The notes below the pieces were generated by a model. That model saw nothing but the letters and a program-made list of their open reading frames with translations. It searched no databases and had not been told where the DNA came from. A stretch of DNA of 61,172 nt, counting the filler. It is 6 parts of 6 records of this genome, joined end to end, with 100 filler letters (N's around TTAATTAATTAA, not from the genome) between each part and the next. Parts side by side here need not be neighbours in the genome. Positions count along the whole stretch, not along the records: positions 52,336 to 61,172 come from SRR2962707_632; 5 more parts are not named here. One strand, given 5' to 3'. The translations under genes and the position numbers were made by a program. Of the stretch, positions 58,259-61,172 are shown in pieces. The number at the start of each line of letters is the position of its first letter. Positions within the stretch are counted from its first letter, which is position 1.

Positions 58259-60487
58259 GTGACAGTTCCGAGTGCGCCTTTTCGTCGGGTTGCGGTTATC
58301 GGCCTGGGGCTGATTGGCGGTTCTTTGGCCAGCGCCATACGCACGCAACAGCTTGCGGGAATGGTGACCGGTTTTGATACCCGTCAGGATGAACTGGCTC
58401 TCGGCGTTGAACTGGGTGTAATAGACGAGGCTGCGGATTCCATCGAGCAGGCCGTAAAGGGCAGTGATCTGGTGGTGTTGGCCGTTCCGGTGCGGGCCAC
58501 CCGTGCGGTGCTGGAACAAATTCGGCCCGTTCTCGAAGAGGGCGCCATCCTTTCTGATGTGGGTAGTACCAAGTCCAGTTTTGTCTCCGATGTGGAGGCA
58601 GTGTTTGGTGAGCTGCCGCCATGGGTAATACCCGGCCATCCCATTGCCGGTTCCGAGAAGAGCGGTATCCGTGCGGCCCGGCCCGATCTCTTTGCCAATC
58701 ACAAGGTGATCCTGACGCCGTCGCAAAATGCCGACCAAGATGGCCTGAATCGTTTGCGGACCGTCTGGGAAGGTGCCGGTGCGACCGTGCTTACCATGTC
58801 GGTGGGGTATCACGATGAGGTGCTCGCGGCCACCAGCCATTTACCCCACCTGATCGCTTTTTCGCTGGTAGACACTCTGGCGGGCGAAGATGAGAATATG
58901 GATATCTTCCGCTATGCCGCAGGTGGGTTCCGTGATTTTACCCGGATTGCCGCAAGCGATCCGGTGATGTGGCACGACATTTTTCTCTCCAACCGGGATG
59001 CCGTACTCCGGGTAATAGACCACTTTACCGAAGATCTGGATCAACTCCGCGCTGCCATTGCCTGTGGCGATGGTGCCACGTTGCTCAGGGTTTTCAGCCG
59101 TGCCAAGGCGGCGCGGGAACATTTTTCCAAAATGCTTTCAGGACAGGCGTACGTGACTAACAACAGCGATAAACAGGTGACTTTCCAAATGCAGCCGGGC
59201 GGCACCGTGAAAGGTGACATCCGGGTTCCGGGCGACAAATCCATGTCTCACCGTTCCATCATGCTCGGTGCCCTGGCTGAGGGGACAACCGAAGTGAAGG
59301 GCTTCCTGGAGGGGGAGGACAGTCTTGCCACCCTGCAGGCGTTCCGGGATATGGGCGTCACCATCGAAGGTCCGGATGACGGTTTTGTGCGCATTCACGG
59401 CGTCGGTATGAAAGGCCTGCAGGCGCCCCGTGGCCCGTTGTATCTGGGAAACTCGGGTACGGCCATGCGCCTGTTTGCCGGATTGCTGGCCGCTCAGCCC
59501 TTCGATTCTGAGCTCACGGGCGATGCCAGTTTGTCGAAGCGGCCTATGGGGCGCGTGGCAGATCCACTGCGTGCCATGGGAGCGGTCATCGACACCGGTG
59601 AGGGTGGTCGGCCGCCGTTGAAGATTCGGGGTGGACATGCACTCACGGGCATTCATTACGAAATGCCGGTGGCCAGTGCCCAGGTGAAATCCTGCCTGCT
59701 GCTGGCGGGACTCTACGCTGAGGGTGTTACCTCGGTGACCGAGCCGGCGCCAACCCGGGATCATACCGAGCGCATGCTGGAGGGTTTCGGTTACCACGTT
59801 CACCGCGACGGTGCGACTGCCAGTGTCACCGGTGGAGGCAAACTGTCTGCTTGCGCCATTGATGTGCCGGCTGATATTTCCTCGGCCGCGTTTTTCCTGG
59901 TGGCGGCCAGTATTGCCGAAGATTCTGACCTGACGCTTCGCCACGTTGGCATGAACCCCACCCGTGTAGGTGTAATCAATATCCTGAAACAGATGGGTGC
60001 CAACATTGAAGTGTTCAATGAGAAGGTCATCGGTGGAGAGCCGGTAGCCGATCTTCGGGTACAGTCAGCCCGTTTGAAGGGCATCGACATTCCGGAAGAG
60101 CAGGTGCCGCTGGCCATTGACGAGTTCCCGGTATTGTTTATCGCTGCAACTTGTGCCGAAGGGCGCACGGTATTGCGCGGCGCCGAGGAACTTCGGGTGA
60201 AAGAGAGTGACCGTATCCAGGTGATGGCGGACGGTCTCGCGGCTCTGGGTGTGGAGACCACCGTGACACCCGACGGCATCATTATAGATGGCGGCCAGGA
60301 AATAGGCGGCGGTACCGTGGAAAGCCATGGTGATCATCGCATTTCCATGTCGTTTGCGGTGGCATCATTGCGCGCAACCGGACCTATCCGGATCAACGAT
60401 TGCGCCAACGTGGCTACATCGTTCCCGGGTTTTGTTGATCTGGCATTGCAGACAGGTATTCGAATTAACGCAGAAGGTAGTGATTGA
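58259..60487 (+). CDS. aroA: Bifunctional prephenate (cyclohexadienyl) dehydrogenase / EPSP synthase (tyrA-aroA fusion)
   Basis: [35 protein letters not shown], then [38 protein letters not shown] in one frame; GTG start inferred. Confidence 0.95.
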   Translation: MTVPSAPFRRVAVIGLGLIGGSLASAIRTQQLAGMVTGFDTRQDELALGVELGVIDEAADSIEQAVKGSDLVVLAVPVRATRAVLEQIRPVLEEGAILSDVGSTKSSFVSDVEAVFGELPPWVIPGHPIAGSEKSGIRAARPDLFANHKVILTPSQNADQDGLNRLRTVWEGAGATVLTMSVGYHDEVLAATSHLPHLIAFSLVDTLAGEDENMDIFRYAAGGFRDFTRIAASDPVMWHDIFLSNRDAVLRVIDHFTEDLDQLRAAIACGDGATLLRVFSRAKAAREHFSKMLSGQAYVTNNSDKQVTFQMQPGGTVKGDIRVPGDKSMSHRSIMLGALAEGTTEVKGFLEGEDSLATLQAFRDMGVTIEGPDDGFVRIHGVGMKGLQAPRGPLYLGNSGTAMRLFAGLLAAQPFDSELTGDASLSKRPMGRVADPLRAMGAVIDTGEGGRPPLKIRGGHALTGIHYEMPVASAQVKSCLLLAGLYAEGVTSVTEPAPTRDHTERMLEGFGYHVHRDGATASVTGGGKLSACAIDVPADISSAAFFLVAASIAEDSDLTLRHVGMNPTRVGVINILKQMGANIEVFNEKVIGGEPVADLRVQSARLKGIDIPEEQVPLAIDEFPVLFIAATCAEGRTVLRGAEELRVKESDRIQVMADGLAALGVETTVTPDGIIIDGGQEIGGGTVESHGDHRISMSFAVASLRATGPIRINDCANVATSFPGFVDLALQTGIRINAEGSD

Positions 60488-61167
60488 TGAGTAATAGCAA
60501 GGCACCGGTAATTACGGTTGACGGCCCTGGCGGTTCTGGCAAGGGTACCGTTACCCAGATGTTGGCCCGCAAACTGGGCTGGCATCTGCTCGACAGTGGT
60601 GCCTTGTATCGGCTGACGGCCCTGGCGGCTACCCGCCAGGGGGTTGCGCTGGACGACGAGCCGGCACTGGTTCGGGTTGCCGCAGGGCTCGATGTTGCGT
60701 TCATGCCGACGCCTCCGGGTGAGCCTGCGAAGGTTCTGTTGGCCGGGGAAGATGTTACCTCCGAAATCCGCACCGAGACCTGCGGTGATAACGCGTCAAA
60801 AGTCGCCGTCATGCAGCCGGTGCGCGATGCCTTGTTGCAGCGCCAGCGGGATTTCCGGGTGGCGCCCGGGCTGGTGGCCGATGGGCGCGATATGGGTACG
60901 GTGGTCTTTCCGGATGCACCGGTCAAAATCTTCCTGACCGCCAGTGCCGAGGAGCGGGCCCGTAGGCGCTACAATCAGTTGAAGGAAGCAGGTGTCGATG
61001 TTAACATTGACGCCCTTTTAGAGGAGATACGGGTACGTGACGAGCGGGATATGAACCGTTCTGCGGCCCCCCTCAAGCCTGCAGATGATGCGCAAGTCAT
61101 TGATTCTACGGGTTTGAGTATCGAAGAGGTGTTAGACAGGTGTATGGCCGCAGCAGGTCAGGCCTGA
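60487..61167 (+). CDS. cmk: Cytidylate kinase
   Basis: P-loop [38 protein letters not shown] overlap with aroA. Confidence 0.97.
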   Translation: MSNSKAPVITVDGPGGSGKGTVTQMLARKLGWHLLDSGALYRLTALAATRQGVALDDEPALVRVAAGLDVAFMPTPPGEPAKVLLAGEDVTSEIRTETCGDNASKVAVMQPVRDALLQRQRDFRVAPGLVADGRDMGTVVFPDAPVKIFLTASAEERARRRYNQLKEAGVDVNIDALLEEIRVRDERDMNRSAAPLKPADDAQVIDSTGLSIEEVLDRCMAAAGQA

Positions 61168-61172
61168 CTACA

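Overview
This window is not one locus. It is six contigs joined by 100-nt spacers (44 N + TTAATTAATTAA + 44 N), from at least three organisms. (1) An intron-rich protist, possibly a stramenopile (lineage uncertain), at 1-20694, 20795-26398 and 38755-45030: SDHAF1, a ~19.6-kb VPS13 gene, TFIIH p52/TFB2, NOT3 and a centriolin-like gene. (2) A Bacteroidetes bacterium, probably Cytophagales, at 26499-38654: the T9SS sortase porU, followed directly by a copper/heavy-metal cluster (degenerate DUF2231-like gene, APC permease, DUF302, multicopper oxidase with a C-terminal beta-barrel-like domain, DUF4136 and YHS lipoproteins, a CxxC/HMA-AraC regulator and a P1B Cu-ATPase). (3) A Marinobacter-like gammaproteobacterium at 45131-52235 and 52336-61172: ispE-lolB-TPR / hemA-prfA-prmC-moeB, and gyrA-serC-pheA-hisC-tyrA::aroA-cmk. 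The best candidate for an undescribed system is in the Bacteroidetes cluster. A 31-bp motif (two 10-bp direct repeats, 21 bp apart) sits upstream of four transcription units including the AraC gene itself, which suggests a copper regulon run by a metal-sensing AraC protein. All assignments come from motif recognition by eye; no database searches were run.
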